Origin: a virus
Taxonomy: Duplodnaviria; Caudoviricetes
Strand: one strand, 5' to 3'
Virus record (IMG/VR): IMGVR_UViG_3300028550_003611
Span: 1-52,878 of that record
Length of the DNA: 52,878 bases
Part shown: piece after piece, positions 8,794 to 18,913 of the stretch
How positions within the stretch are numbered: the stretch's first letter is position 1
How the letters are laid out: each line of letters starts with the position of its first letter
Made by a program: the position numbers and the translations under genes
The notes under the pieces: model-generated
The model's input: only the letters and a program-made list of their open reading frames with translations
Told to the model about the DNA's origin: nothing
Database searches by the model: none

Positions 8794-11553
8794 TTATGAA
8801 TTTATAATTGTGGGTAGCTCAATAGCCAGCTTCCCTTTGGCTTTTAAATAAATAGTTAATTCTCTTGTAAAATCTGAATTGTTTGATTGATAGAAGTTCA
8901 TATCACTTAAGAATATATCTACTTCATCCACAATCTCATCACGTATTGCTGCGTACTCTGCAACAGTTTCATCAAAGATTTCAGCTCCTGGTATATCTGC
9001 TAAGATAAACAATTCCGCTGATTTAGAGGCAATTAGGGCTTCAGAGTTATCATCATTCTGCACTGACGTACAGTATTCTTGAAACTTTTTTAACCTATTA
9101 GTTTGCTCTCTGAATTCAGTAAATACATCCTTAAGCTCTAAACTTCGAATGTACGTGTTTTCTCCTTTCTTGTATGCTTCTTCTAAAAATTGTGCTAGAT
9201 CTTCAAATCTAGGATCAACTTCTTTTAGTTTCCACACCCAATCAGGAGTCTTTCCTGCTATTCTGGAATTCATCCAATTTATTACTTCTTTACTCATAGT
9301 ATATTTACCTTCATTTGTTAGTTGTAGAAAGAAATCTTTTATTGGGTAACAATTAGGATTCTTCTGAACATACTTGATCTTATTCTCTGCAACTCTTAAT
9401 AGCTGAGGCGTAGTTATAAAAGACAAATCTTCTTGAAAACCTTTAGTTAGATTTGTTCCAGAATAATGTCTACCTAATATTGCAGGTACTTCATCGTAGT
9501 AATACACAGCATTGTCATTAGATCCTCGTGTATCCCCATAACCATCGTAACTACAATTTTGATATACTTCTCGTATTTTAGGAGCTTGGTTCCGCATAAT
9601 TTCTGCAGCTAACTTCATCCATAACTCATCTTCACGAGTACAATAGTAAGTCACACGATCACTAGTCATTACAGTCTTTAGCTTAGGCTCAACTTTATCC
9701 CACGTAAATGTAGAAACTGTTGCATCATCACTTTGACACCAACTACCGTTATTCCTAAGAGAGAAAGCAACTATACGCTTTTCAATCATACGTATTTCAG
9801 CAGCAGATAAACCTTCAGTAGCCTGTAACTCAGATACTTCTATCTCTCTATCTTTAAACTCTTCAAGCCATTCATCGTCTGGCTCTACAATTGAGTAGTC
9901 TTTAAATAGTTTTGAATCTTTAAGTAGCGGAGTTAACAAGTCTTGATTTGTCTGCATCTTAGCTAGCTGAAGCATATCTGTATCGTTAGACGCAGCTTTT
10001 AACGTAAGAGTATCTAGACTCTTAGGAGTAATAAGCGTAAAAGATCTTTTTCCATAATCAGATGAATTACCAATAATAAAATGATCTTTTAAGTTATTTC
10101 TACTGTCACCTTCTTCTCTAAAGTATACTTTATCAAAATCAATATCTGACCAGCTTTCTGTAGAATTAGTTTCAATAGACAGCTTACCTCCTTTAACAAG
10201 AGCAGTAACTTTACTAATATTAAAAGCTTTAAACAATCCTTTAGGTCCTGCATACTGTAAAGTAGTATCCGAGAACTTAGGTTTCATGTTATTAGTATCA
10301 ATGATCTTAGAAATCTGACGCAGTGCTGAATTATCTGCATTCATAGAATCAGTCAATACATCTCTGCATGCTTTAATCCATTCTAAGAAATCAGTACTTT
10401 GTAGTTGATCTTGCACTAAGTCAACAGCTTCTTCAGCAGCTTTAAGAATAAGGTCTTGAACAAACTTCTTAGTGTGCTCATTCCATATAACTTTCTCACG
10501 AGAAGGAGTAACTTCTACACCCTCCTGAAGAACTATCTCTTTACCTGTCTCGTCTTTTAAGACTTGACGCATAGGACACTTAAGACCTACAGAACCCCAC
10601 AGTTGTTCCATCTCTAGCTCTCTAAAGTCTACATACCCATAGTTAATGCCCGTGGTTGCACCAGGAGCTTTAACGATTACGATATGGGGCCTAGAATACA
10701 TATAGCTGTCTGCTACAAGCAGAGAGTTAGAGTTGTGTATAACTTCAGATAGGAAATTCCTAGGAGATTCATATCCATCTTCATTGATAACTTTAAGCTT
10801 AACGTTGCTTAAATACATAAGCTGCTCTTCAACAGCTTCTTCAAACCTGTTACGGTTATGCTTTTTTACACCAAATGATATTTCTGTGTAGTTAAGCTCG
10901 TCTGTATTATGATAGTGAACTTTAGTACCATCAGAGAATGTAATAAACGGATTAAATGCAGGCACATTAAACTTAGTAGTATACGGATAGCAGCTTAATT
11001 GAAACTTCTTGCCGTTATGCACAGTAGTAATGTTGTAGAAATCTACACCTGTAGATAAAGCTACCTTAGCACCTAAACCAAACGCACCGAAGTTCTCAGA
11101 AGTATTACGCTTAGTTGAGTAACCTAACTCTAGGATACCTTCTAAACGCTTACCTCCAATACCTACGCCGTAATCTTTAACAGTAAACGTATCACAAAAT
11201 CCTATTCCTTCGTTTTGTTTATACGTAATTTGAACATGACAGTTTTCTTTATCTAAAGATTCTTGATTATAATAACTGGAATCAAAATTAGAATCAGCAT
11301 ATGCTTCTCCTTTTCTTTCTATATAGTACTGATCTATTCTTTTCTCTCCTTTTAATATCTCTAATGCCATCTCCTTCTCCCGTTGTGAATCGCAGGCGTT
11401 AGTCACCAGCTCACGTACAGTTGAAGGTATGGGCGTAGAATATTGTGTAGACTGTAAGATGTCAAACACCATCTTCTCAGCACCTTTATTGATTTTCTTA
11501 GCAACACCTCCTGTGTTTGTAACGATGTCGTTATCAATAGTTTTTATACTCAT
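8794..11553 (-). CDS. rIIA: RIIA-like protein with N-terminal GHKL (HSP90-type) ATPase
   Basis: YSTPIPSTVRELVTNACDS, DYGVGI, STKRNTSENFGAFGLGAK and VTPSRE motifs. Confidence 0.85.
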   Translation of the reverse strand: MSIKTIDNDIVTNTGGVAKKINKGAEKMVFDILQSTQYSTPIPSTVRELVTNACDSQREKEMALEILKGEKRIDQYYIERKGEAYADSNFDSSYYNQESLDKENCHVQITYKQNEGIGFCDTFTVKDYGVGIGGKRLEGILELGYSTKRNTSENFGAFGLGAKVALSTGVDFYNITTVHNGKKFQLSCYPYTTKFNVPAFNPFITFSDGTKVHYHNTDELNYTEISFGVKKHNRNRFEEAVEEQLMYLSNVKLKVINEDGYESPRNFLSEVIHNSNSLLVADSYMYSRPHIVIVKAPGATTGINYGYVDFRELEMEQLWGSVGLKCPMRQVLKDETGKEIVLQEGVEVTPSREKVIWNEHTKKFVQDLILKAAEEAVDLVQDQLQSTDFLEWIKACRDVLTDSMNADNSALRQISKIIDTNNMKPKFSDTTLQYAGPKGLFKAFNISKVTALVKGGKLSIETNSTESWSDIDFDKVYFREEGDSRNNLKDHFIIGNSSDYGKRSFTLITPKSLDTLTLKAASNDTDMLQLAKMQTNQDLLTPLLKDSKLFKDYSIVEPDDEWLEEFKDREIEVSELQATEGLSAAEIRMIEKRIVAFSLRNNGSWCQSDDATVSTFTWDKVEPKLKTVMTSDRVTYYCTREDELWMKLAAEIMRNQAPKIREVYQNCSYDGYGDTRGSNDNAVYYYDEVPAILGRHYSGTNLTKGFQEDLSFITTPQLLRVAENKIKYVQKNPNCYPIKDFFLQLTNEGKYTMSKEVINWMNSRIAGKTPDWVWKLKEVDPRFEDLAQFLEEAYKKGENTYIRSLELKDVFTEFREQTNRLKKFQEYCTSVQNDDNSEALIASKSAELFILADIPGAEIFDETVAEYAAIRDEIVDEVDIFLSDMNFYQSNNSDFTRELTIYLKAKGKLAIELPTIINS

Positions 11554-11572
11554 GATTTAATTATTTAAAATG

Positions 11573-11601
11573 AAAAAACCCCAGCTATTAACTGGGGCTT
11601 T
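11573..11601 (-). terminator. Intrinsic terminator
   Basis: Minus strand CCCCAG-TTAATAG-CTGGGG followed by TTTTTT, just after the stop at 11623. Confidence 0.75.
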
Positions 11602-11622
11602 ACGATTAGTATTTAATATTAT

Positions 11623-12099
11623 TTATAAAACAGTAGCTGTTGGAGACATAAGCTCCAATATTTCTGCAACTGTAGTTATATTTTGTCCTTGATTTCTAGG
11701 AACAAATAACACAGGTGGGTCTTCTTGTTTCATCATTAGGTCTAAGAACATCTTCCACTTTAATGGAAAACGCTCGTTCGCATACCCTTTGCATTCTATA
11801 ATCCACTTACCGTGTGGATCTACAAAATCAGGAGTATACGTAATATCTCGAACTTTATGTTTAATCTTATCTTGATAACCTGTCTTACCGTTATCTTCAT
11901 ATCTACTTGCGGGATAATGAAACCCTTCTAATAGTACATACTTATGCTTTTCATAATCACAGGCAATGCCTGCATCTGTAAGCATACGATAACAATGAGC
12001 CTCTAGTTTAGAACGGAACTTGATCCCGTCCACTTCTGTCGGCTTCGACTTTATCTTTGAGCCCCTCTTGGCTCGTCCTTTCCACGTTCTTGATGACAT
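11623..12099 (-). CDS. PD-(D/E)XK endonuclease (DUF1064 / T7 endonuclease I-like; possible Holliday-junction resolvase)
   Basis: DGIKFRSKLE, YTPDF and IECKG motifs. Confidence 0.8.
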   Translation of the reverse strand: MSSRTWKGRAKRGSKIKSKPTEVDGIKFRSKLEAHCYRMLTDAGIACDYEKHKYVLLEGFHYPASRYEDNGKTGYQDKIKHKVRDITYTPDFVDPHGKWIIECKGYANERFPLKWKMFLDLMMKQEDPPVLFVPRNQGQNITTVAEILELMSPTATVL

Positions 12100-13069
12100 T
12101 CTGTGCTTCTTTTAAACTGTGATGTTTTACTAAGTCTGATATATCCTTTGACTTATACTTGTCAGGAATACATAGATTTAATAACCCAAACTTACGACAA
12201 ATTTTCTTAGCCATCGTTTGTCCAGGATTACTGGACTTGTGATAGTCATTGTCGTAAAGTACAGTTACTTTTTCGAAGCGCGTTTGAATTTCCTCAATGG
12301 TTTGGTTGCTTGGCATAAGCATTTCTGATTGTAAAGCAATGGATGCATAACCAAGCACTTCCAAGCACATGATATCCTTGAGGGAACTTGTGAGAAATAT
12401 TTCCCCACCAGTTGTAGGAAGTTGATTATAACCCTGTATGCAGCTACTACCCACGTTAGAACTCCATTTAAAATCCGCTTCAAGCGGACGGTAAATCTTA
12501 TAACCGCAGTCAAAACGATAACGATAGCTGACACTATTACACGAAAAACGTTCTTCATTTATCCAATAGTAATTAATAGGTAAAACGTCAAATTTACGAA
12601 GAATTTTTTTAGTAACACCAAATTGTTCCCAATATTGTTTATCTCTGTAATCCCAAGGTCTGGTTTTTACTGAGATATTAGCTGATTGTTTAGCTACAAA
12701 TACTGGTTCCGGCATTAGTTTTAACAAAGGTTCTTCACGTAATTTTCCTTCAGACATACCTACACCAAAGGCTAAGTCTATCTGCATAAGAGCCCCATAA
12801 AAATCTACATTGTATTTGTGTTGCACATACCCAATACAATCGAATACATGCTCATCATTTCCAAAGTCTTTATATATTAAAGTATCTTTAATAAAAGCAA
12901 TAGATACTGTAGGAGTTGAGTCTTTTCTCAAGTCACTCTTAAATTTCTTTCCTGCTTTTTCAAACGGGGAACAGAAATGTTTGAATACTTGATAAGGACT
13001 TATCTTACTAAATAAAACATCTTTATCTATAAAAATTCTTATTGAACTATCTTGTCTTGACTGTATCAT
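12008..13069 (-). CDS. DNA primase (Toprim), crAss-like
   Basis: KSDLRKDSTPT, YKDFG, YKIYRP, TSSLKD, YDND and SKDISD motifs. Start placed at ATG 13069 rather than the TTG at 13132, which lies inside a hairpin. Confidence 0.85.
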   Translation of the reverse strand: MIQSRQDSSIRIFIDKDVLFSKISPYQVFKHFCSPFEKAGKKFKSDLRKDSTPTVSIAFIKDTLIYKDFGNDEHVFDCIGYVQHKYNVDFYGALMQIDLAFGVGMSEGKLREEPLLKLMPEPVFVAKQSANISVKTRPWDYRDKQYWEQFGVTKKILRKFDVLPINYYWINEERFSCNSVSYRYRFDCGYKIYRPLEADFKWSSNVGSSCIQGYNQLPTTGGEIFLTSSLKDIMCLEVLGYASIALQSEMLMPSNQTIEEIQTRFEKVTVLYDNDYHKSSNPGQTMAKKICRKFGLLNLCIPDKYKSKDISDLVKHHSLKEAQNVIKNVERTSQEGLKDKVEADRSGRDQVPF

Positions 13070-13157
13070 GGTAAATAAAAGGAGGTGCGCTAGATGTCTT
13101 AGTAGGGGATTACAAAGTACTGTTATTCCCAAAACCCATACCTCCTATATTATTTAA

Positions 13158-13922
13158 TTACCAGTTGTCTTCTAGACTAAGAGGCTTAGGTGCACTCTCG
13201 TTAGAAACAACTACACTAGGAGAATACCTTTGAAGTTCTAAATCTTCATTGTATTCTGCTTTGAATTGACGATAGTCATCGTTTAATGCACGAGCAAACA
13301 TATCATTACGTTTAGGCTTAAGACGGCCAAAACATTTTGTATACACCTGCTGATACTTACCATCTTTAACACCTAGTAAACAACGTACTTTGTTGTCTTT
13401 AAGAGTTGCTACAAGCTGAGTAAGTTCTTCAACATCCCCTTTGAATATAGCATCTATAGTATCTAAACTACATTCGCCACCGTTAGGTATGTTAGCCCAT
13501 GCTTTGATGAATTCAATAAGAGTATCCTCGCCCTGATAAGTGCGTCTTACTCCTTTGTCTTTAAACCACTCATAGGTATCAGCTGGGTTTTCTGCACCCC
13601 AAGCTGTTTGACCTACAGAGTTGGACCATTGATACTTCCCAGTCTTAGATAGTTGTCTAGGCCCAGGTGTAACTAGGATCTCCATACGACAAGTAAAGTT
13701 ATGCTCTTCATTGCTTAGCCAGAAGGTTAACTTGTTGTACGTAGGACCGTCATCACTAAAACTTATGTCTTGGTAATTAGGTTCTGTTTTCATCTTTACT
13801 CCTATAGCGTTGAGTTCTCCCAATGTTGGGTTAACTGCTACTACACTCATCGCTCCTATACCTGTATAGAGCGGAATTCCTCCTGTAACTTCTACGTCGG
13901 AACTGTTACTTTGAATAGCCAT
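13158..13922 (-). CDS. Putative ssDNA-binding / replication protein
   Basis: Sits between the AAA ATPase and the primase; beta-rich and aromatic, with a flexible tail ending EDNW. Function inferred from context. Confidence 0.45.
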   Translation of the reverse strand: MAIQSNSSDVEVTGGIPLYTGIGAMSVVAVNPTLGELNAIGVKMKTEPNYQDISFSDDGPTYNKLTFWLSNEEHNFTCRMEILVTPGPRQLSKTGKYQWSNSVGQTAWGAENPADTYEWFKDKGVRRTYQGEDTLIEFIKAWANIPNGGECSLDTIDAIFKGDVEELTQLVATLKDNKVRCLLGVKDGKYQQVYTKCFGRLKPKRNDMFARALNDDYRQFKAEYNEDLELQRYSPSVVVSNESAPKPLSLEDNW

Positions 13923-14353
13923 TAGTCTTGAATTTCTGTGTTATATGAATTATTATCTCCTTTGTAATCTAACCCTTCTTCTACTCTTGTTTGGTTGTCC
14001 CATTCTCCTGAGCTTGGAAAGCTTTGAACATCTACAATTGCAGCAGTTTCAGTAGAAACTTGTTCGATAACATCTCCAATAGTTACTTGATTAGATTTTG
14101 TTACAGTATCGTCTACTAATGTAAATCTCATAACTTTAGATTTCTTAACTCGCATACCCTTTAATTTTGGGTGTTCGAATATCATTTTAATTTCGTCAGC
14201 TGTTAATCCGTATTTAGTTTTGATAGCTTTACGGTCTCTACCGTTATCTAAATCTTCTACAATTTGTGAAACTGTAATTTGTGTAGGAGGAGTCATTCTC
14301 TCTTCTGAGACAACATGGTTGTCTTCTTGGTTTACTCGTGTGTCTATTGACAT
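13922..14353 (-). CDS. Hypothetical protein (possible HTH-like N-terminus)
   Basis: ORF coupled to neighbours. Confidence 0.65.
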   Translation of the reverse strand: MSIDTRVNQEDNHVVSEERMTPPTQITVSQIVEDLDNGRDRKAIKTKYGLTADEIKMIFEHPKLKGMRVKKSKVMRFTLVDDTVTKSNQVTIGDVIEQVSTETAAIVDVQSFPSSGEWDNQTRVEEGLDYKGDNNSYNTEIQD

Positions 14354-14364
14354 GTTATTTTTAA

Positions 14365-15063
14365 TTAATCTATAAATATTTTACCCCAATCTAAATCCAT
14401 ATCCTGCCCTCTTAGATGCGCACATCTAGAACCTGCAGTTATATCTCCCTCAGAGTTAAAAGAGATACGCGTAGTGTCCCCGTCTCTATATATGTAACCA
14501 ATAGCGTCAGCATTAGCACATGTAATAGAACGAAGTTTACCAGTAAGATCTAAGTCCATACTTCTAACTTCCTTACCTTTCTTATCAATCATCTTGTCTT
14601 TAAGATGCCCGACTAGAATGACATGGTCAGCTAGTTTGTTTAACCGATCAAACCACTTTTTGTAAGCCAAACGAAGATATAAATAGCCGGCACCGTTCGG
14701 TAGAGAAAGAATAGATAAGCCTGTGTTCTTAGGGTCAAAGTTCTTGCCCATAGGTGTTTGTTTATACATTTCTTTGCCTTCTGCCTCACACCAGACTTCT
14801 AATTGAGTCACGGTGTCTACAGCTATATACTTGTAAGGTTTACCATCTGCGATTATTGCTTTCCCAATCTCAGCCAATTCCGCAAGTGAATTAGCTTTGA
14901 CTTTAAGAGCGTCAATCATATCTGATCCATCTTCTAGATCTATGATTAGACAATTCTCAAGCTGTGAGAGAACAGTGGTCTTCCCAATTTTAGGAGGACC
15001 ATATATTACTAAATTTTTAGGGCTCTTGCGAGCTGCTTTAATTTTCTTTTTAGGAAGTTCCAT
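14365..15063 (-). CDS. AAA ATPase (AAA_24 / Sak4-like recombination protein)
   Basis: Walker A GPPKIGKT, IIDLEDG, Walker B IAVDT, ILVGH. Confidence 0.85.
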   Translation of the reverse strand: MELPKKKIKAARKSPKNLVIYGPPKIGKTTVLSQLENCLIIDLEDGSDMIDALKVKANSLAELAEIGKAIIADGKPYKYIAVDTVTQLEVWCEAEGKEMYKQTPMGKNFDPKNTGLSILSLPNGAGYLYLRLAYKKWFDRLNKLADHVILVGHLKDKMIDKKGKEVRSMDLDLTGKLRSITCANADAIGYIYRDGDTTRISFNSEGDITAGSRCAHLRGQDMDLDWGKIFID

Positions 15064-15065
15064 TA

Positions 15066-15197
15066 TTATCTATTAGTTTTCATAATGTCAAAAGCATTAT
15101 AGTTTATACGTAAATATTCAAACCAATCTTTATATTTAGGTTTTGCAACAGCCTTTGCTTTTTTTACAGGCTTTTTAGGACTTTTTTTTCCTTTCAT
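15066..15197 (-). CDS. Small basic protein (43 aa; not in the ORF track)
   Basis: Manual translation MKGKKSPKKPVKKAKAVAKPKYKDWFEYLRINYNAFDIMKTNR; fills the gap and its stop lies 2 nt before the next ATG. Confidence 0.55.
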   Translation of the reverse strand: MKGKKSPKKPVKKAKAVAKPKYKDWFEYLRINYNAFDIMKTNR

Positions 15198-16146
15198 TAA
15201 TAGTAAATGTTGAGAGATCAGTTTCGAATGGTATCATCCCAAGTAAACCGTCTCGGTTTTTTTCTACATGTATTGCCATCAACCCTATTGGGTCTTCTCC
15301 GCAATACATATCTGTAATTCCGTATAAATCATACGGTCTTTGCAGCATCATCACAACGTGTGCGTCTTGACCTATACTGTCTCCCCCAAAGAGATCAGTT
15401 AGTAAAGGTTGATACTGTTGTTTAGCTCTGTACTCTTGCTCAATATTTCTATTAAGTTGAGATAAAAGTATAGTAATGCACGACATGCGTGCTTGCATCC
15501 ACATACAGGATTTAGATAATACATTGAGTCTTTGTAACTCTGTATCAGCTTTCCCAAGAACAAGTCTAGAGTGGTCAATAAGATTAATTACTGTGTGACT
15601 AGGGTATTTAGTAAACACACTTTCGTTAATCTTTTTAACTTCTTCCATGTCTTGAGGTATAGAGCAGAAATAGATAGGATATTCTTTATACTTCTTTACA
15701 CTTTCTACATAAGAATCAAACTTATCGTCAGATAATCTTTGTTCTACTGATAGAAGCTCGTGTGTTTGAAGCTTAGTATCCTTGCTACCTGCTCTTAGTA
15801 TCTGTTGCTCTCCAGGCATCTCGAAGCTCCAATAAATAACTATAATAGCTTTATTTTTATTAGAGTCTAAGACGTCGAAGATTAACTGATTACTAAACGC
15901 TGATTTACCTACACCAGGACGACCTGCAATAACATACATTTTACCAGGTTGTAAACCCCCCATCAAATTTTTGTTGAGAGATTTCCAAGCTGTAGGATAC
16001 ACCTTACGTTTCCCATTCATACCTGCTTTTACATCAGATATACTTTGGTCTACAGATGTAGATATATGTCTTAGCAGTTTAATCTTTGAAATCTCAAAGT
16101 CTGCGTGTGATCCTCCTTGTAACTTCTCCGGTGGTTTCTGTTCCAT
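15175..16146 (-). CDS. dnaB: DnaB-like replicative helicase (RecA-fold domain only)
   Basis: AGRPGVGKS, SFEM, LSQLNR, IGQDAH and KNRDG motifs. Confidence 0.9.
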   Translation of the reverse strand: MEQKPPEKLQGGSHADFEISKIKLLRHISTSVDQSISDVKAGMNGKRKVYPTAWKSLNKNLMGGLQPGKMYVIAGRPGVGKSAFSNQLIFDVLDSNKNKAIIVIYWSFEMPGEQQILRAGSKDTKLQTHELLSVEQRLSDDKFDSYVESVKKYKEYPIYFCSIPQDMEEVKKINESVFTKYPSHTVINLIDHSRLVLGKADTELQRLNVLSKSCMWMQARMSCITILLSQLNRNIEQEYRAKQQYQPLLTDLFGGDSIGQDAHVVMMLQRPYDLYGITDMYCGEDPIGLMAIHVEKNRDGLLGMIPFETDLSTFTINERKKKS

Positions 16147-16651
16147 CTATGTTTTCATAATTATCCCATTCATAACTGTTAACCCACGTTGGCAGCATTT
16201 TCATAAAGCCAAGAGAATCACCCTTCTTGCGAAAGGTTAACTCATTTTTAAGACATGTAACAATGCGATCATGCTTTGTTTTGTCTTTACCAATGATACT
16301 CTTATACTTTATTCTTGCTTTTTGATTAGCCTTAGCAGTAGAGTCTCTAGCCCTTAGAATCCTATCAGTTCCTTTACATGAAACTTTTATAGGGTAATAA
16401 GAGAGGAGCTCACTCCACATTTGATCGAAAGATGCTTGAAATAAATCCAAGAAATCTTGTCTAATAATGTGAAATTTGAGCCCCTCTCCTAACTTAACTA
16501 AGCCTTTGGTTTGCAAAGCTTTAGTATCTGGCTTTAACTTTAACTTTTCTAATACTGCATAATCACGGGAATACAATAAATACAAATATAAGAAATCATC
16601 CGCAGTTATCCCAATTTCTGTGAGAGTTTCTGTATTAATTTCTATTACCAT
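16094..16651 (-). CDS. Hypothetical protein, possible replication initiator / helicase partner
   Basis: Overlaps the dnaB start; FDQMW..YP and TWVN..W patterns recall phage initiator C-termini. Confidence 0.5.
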   Translation of the reverse strand: MVIEINTETLTEIGITADDFLYLYLLYSRDYAVLEKLKLKPDTKALQTKGLVKLGEGLKFHIIRQDFLDLFQASFDQMWSELLSYYPIKVSCKGTDRILRARDSTAKANQKARIKYKSIIGKDKTKHDRIVTCLKNELTFRKKGDSLGFMKMLPTWVNSYEWDNYENIDGTETTGEVTRRITRRL

Positions 16652-16656
16652 ATCAA

Positions 16657-17001
16657 TTATTTAAACACTACGGTTATTTCTGTACCTTTTATTGTTATAG
16701 TCATGTTTTCTGATCTTCTCATAACATCAAACATAGAGTCCTTAAAACTTGTTTTTGGGGATTCTGGGGGCCAATCATATGAAGGAGTTTTAGCAAGAAT
16801 AGGTTTATCTCTTCTAAGCTTTTGCATAGTTTGAAACTTACTCCTAATTCTAGCAGGAGTTATATTTTCTAGTGATTCATCAGAAAACATTTGCTTAAAA
16901 TCTTTAAAGATATCTTTAGCGGTATCAATTTGTAATAAAGTACTACGTCGGTACCTTTTGAGGATTATATCCTCCATTTTTTGTGTGTATTTAGCATGCA
17001 T
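16657..17001 (-). CDS. Hypothetical protein
   Basis: ORF coupled to the helicase stop. Confidence 0.6.
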   Translation of the reverse strand: MHAKYTQKMEDIILKRYRRSTLLQIDTAKDIFKDFKQMFSDESLENITPARIRSKFQTMQKLRRDKPILAKTPSYDWPPESPKTSFKDSMFDVMRRSENMTITIKGTEITVVFK

Positions 17002-18172
17002 TGTTAAAATGTGTTGTGAGATCTGTGTCTCGGTTTATATTATTTAATCCTTTAATAGCATTGTTAAGCCATTTTTCTTCTTGAGAGTCTTTTACATATA
17101 GGATATAGATCTTACCGATCTTATCCCCATCTTTTCTAATAAGTCTACCGATACGCTGTATCATAGATAAAGCCTTACTATCTAGCCCAGCTATAATCCC
17201 AACCTCTGCATTCTTTACATCAAATCCTTGGTTGAGAGCTTTAGTTGAACATAGTACATTGATATCCCCGTTTCTAAAAGCTTCTAACGTTTTTTCACGT
17301 TGTTTCTTAGTTTTTCTACTGTGATACACAGCCGAGTTATCAATACAATCACACATTAAGTCTGTAAAATCATTAGAGCCTGCAAAGGTTAGTATCTTGG
17401 AATTATGATAGTGATTAACTATTTCTACAGCTTTATCTATTTTATGCTCAGCATGTTGTACCACATGCTTTCTTTTACGAATAGCGTTATAAAACTGAGC
17501 AGCTGCACCTTTGTTTCCTGACATTTTACCTGATAGTATCATTTGAGCATTTTGAAATGCATTGAACCCACCAAGAATGTATTTCATTCTTACAAATAAA
17601 GTATTAGCAGCTTTATAATCTCCTTGTTCTTCTTCTGTAAGTGACACAGGTACACAGTATACTTCGTAAGGAGCTACTAATCCTTTATCTACACACACAT
17701 CTAAGGATATAGTATATACAGGTTTAGCTAAGTTTACAAGTACAGCTTTGTACTCATCTTCTTCTGGGAGAGTAGCTGTTAAGCATAGTATCCTTTCAAA
17801 AGAATTCTGAGTAAAGAACTTCCTATATATAGGGCTAAGACCTAAGTGAACCTCATCACATACTACAATACAATACTCCTCATCAAATAGTTTGTGAGCT
17901 GATTGATAGCATATGATTTGAATTCTATCTAGATATTCTGCGTATCCCCATTTAATAAATTCTTCTTCAAACTGATCTTGCAATTGATTTGTAGGTACAA
18001 GTACAAGAGCATCCAAAGTAGTATCTTTCTTAAGAGAATTAACAGCAGCCATAACACCCACCCTAGACTTCCCAAAACCAGTACCAGCAATAACGCTACC
18101 TTTATATCCGGCACTAGCCCAAGAGTTGAGGGCTTTACGCTGTTCCTCATCTTTTACTTTAATTATATCCAT
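16991..18172 (-). CDS. Superfamily 2 DEAD/DEAH-box helicase
   Basis: GTGFGKS, DEVH, LTAT, LNQGFD and QRIGR motifs. Confidence 0.9.
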   Translation of the reverse strand: MDIIKVKDEEQRKALNSWASAGYKGSVIAGTGFGKSRVGVMAAVNSLKKDTTLDALVLVPTNQLQDQFEEEFIKWGYAEYLDRIQIICYQSAHKLFDEEYCIVVCDEVHLGLSPIYRKFFTQNSFERILCLTATLPEEDEYKAVLVNLAKPVYTISLDVCVDKGLVAPYEVYCVPVSLTEEEQGDYKAANTLFVRMKYILGGFNAFQNAQMILSGKMSGNKGAAAQFYNAIRKRKHVVQHAEHKIDKAVEIVNHYHNSKILTFAGSNDFTDLMCDCIDNSAVYHSRKTKKQREKTLEAFRNGDINVLCSTKALNQGFDVKNAEVGIIAGLDSKALSMIQRIGRLIRKDGDKIGKIYILYVKDSQEEKWLNNAIKGLNNINRDTDLTTHFNNAC

Positions 18173-18186
18173 TGTTTCTTAAATTA

Positions 18187-18435
18187 TTATCTGTCATCAT
18201 CAGGATTATACCTGCCACCTCCTTCTTTTTCATATCTTATTAAAAGATTTTCTAATCGATATTGATCTTCAAGACGTGGTACAGTGCATTTAATATTAAT
18301 AATATTAATATTGTCAATTTCAGGAGGCTCATCGTGAGAACCTGAAAACCCAGGAGCATATTCATATTCTATTTCTAAAACAAAGCCTGCAAGGTTTTCT
18401 CCTTCTGTTTCTAATTCATACGTGTTTAAACTCAT
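18187..18435 (-). CDS. Hypothetical acidic protein
   Basis: ORF in operon. Confidence 0.6.
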   Translation of the reverse strand: MSLNTYELETEGENLAGFVLEIEYEYAPGFSGSHDEPPEIDNINIINIKCTVPRLEDQYRLENLLIRYEKEGGGRYNPDDDR

Positions 18436-18437
18436 AG

Positions 18438-18902
18438 TTAATAGGTTTTAGGTAATAATGCTGCCTGTATTTTAATATCGTTTGCTAACTCAGACATTTT
18501 AGATTGCAAAACATTAAACTCCGCTTCTAATTTTTGAAGCTCAACACATTGAGTGTCTATGGAATCATGTACAGTTGCTGCAGTGCTGTTAGCATACATA
18601 CCTGCTACAGCAGAATACATACGCCTATACTCTGCTTCATGCATATGAGTTGAATGTAATTTCTCGTAATGCATCATAGTCCCATGATCTTTGTTTAGTT
18701 CTTTTGCTACGGCATATAATGTAATTTTTGTGTGGTTTCGTAATAAATTGACAAGGATTTTCCTTGCATCTACTGTAGTTCGTCTACTACATTTCATTAT
18801 TAATCTGGCTTTTGAGACACCAGTTATTTCCTCTATCATGCGATACACAGATTCTACTGTTTCTTGCATATGAGGATTTAAGTCTTCTGTTGCTCTTCCC
18901 AT
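18438..18902 (-). CDS. DnaA domain IV-like HTH protein with C-terminal coiled coil
   Basis: RRTTVDARKILVNLLR...AVAKELNKDHGTMMH resembles the DnaA C-terminal signature (AR...IG..F.RDHTTV.H). Confidence 0.7.
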   Translation of the reverse strand: MGRATEDLNPHMQETVESVYRMIEEITGVSKARLIMKCSRRTTVDARKILVNLLRNHTKITLYAVAKELNKDHGTMMHYEKLHSTHMHEAEYRRMYSAVAGMYANSTAATVHDSIDTQCVELQKLEAEFNVLQSKMSELANDIKIQAALLPKTY

Positions 18903-18913
18903 GGTGGTTAATT

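Noticed and set aside
13080-13146. tRNA-like element, or Shine-Dalgarno GGAGGT
   Set aside because: No D/T-loop consensus; GGAGGT is sequestered in the stem and Bacteroidota rarely use SD sequences
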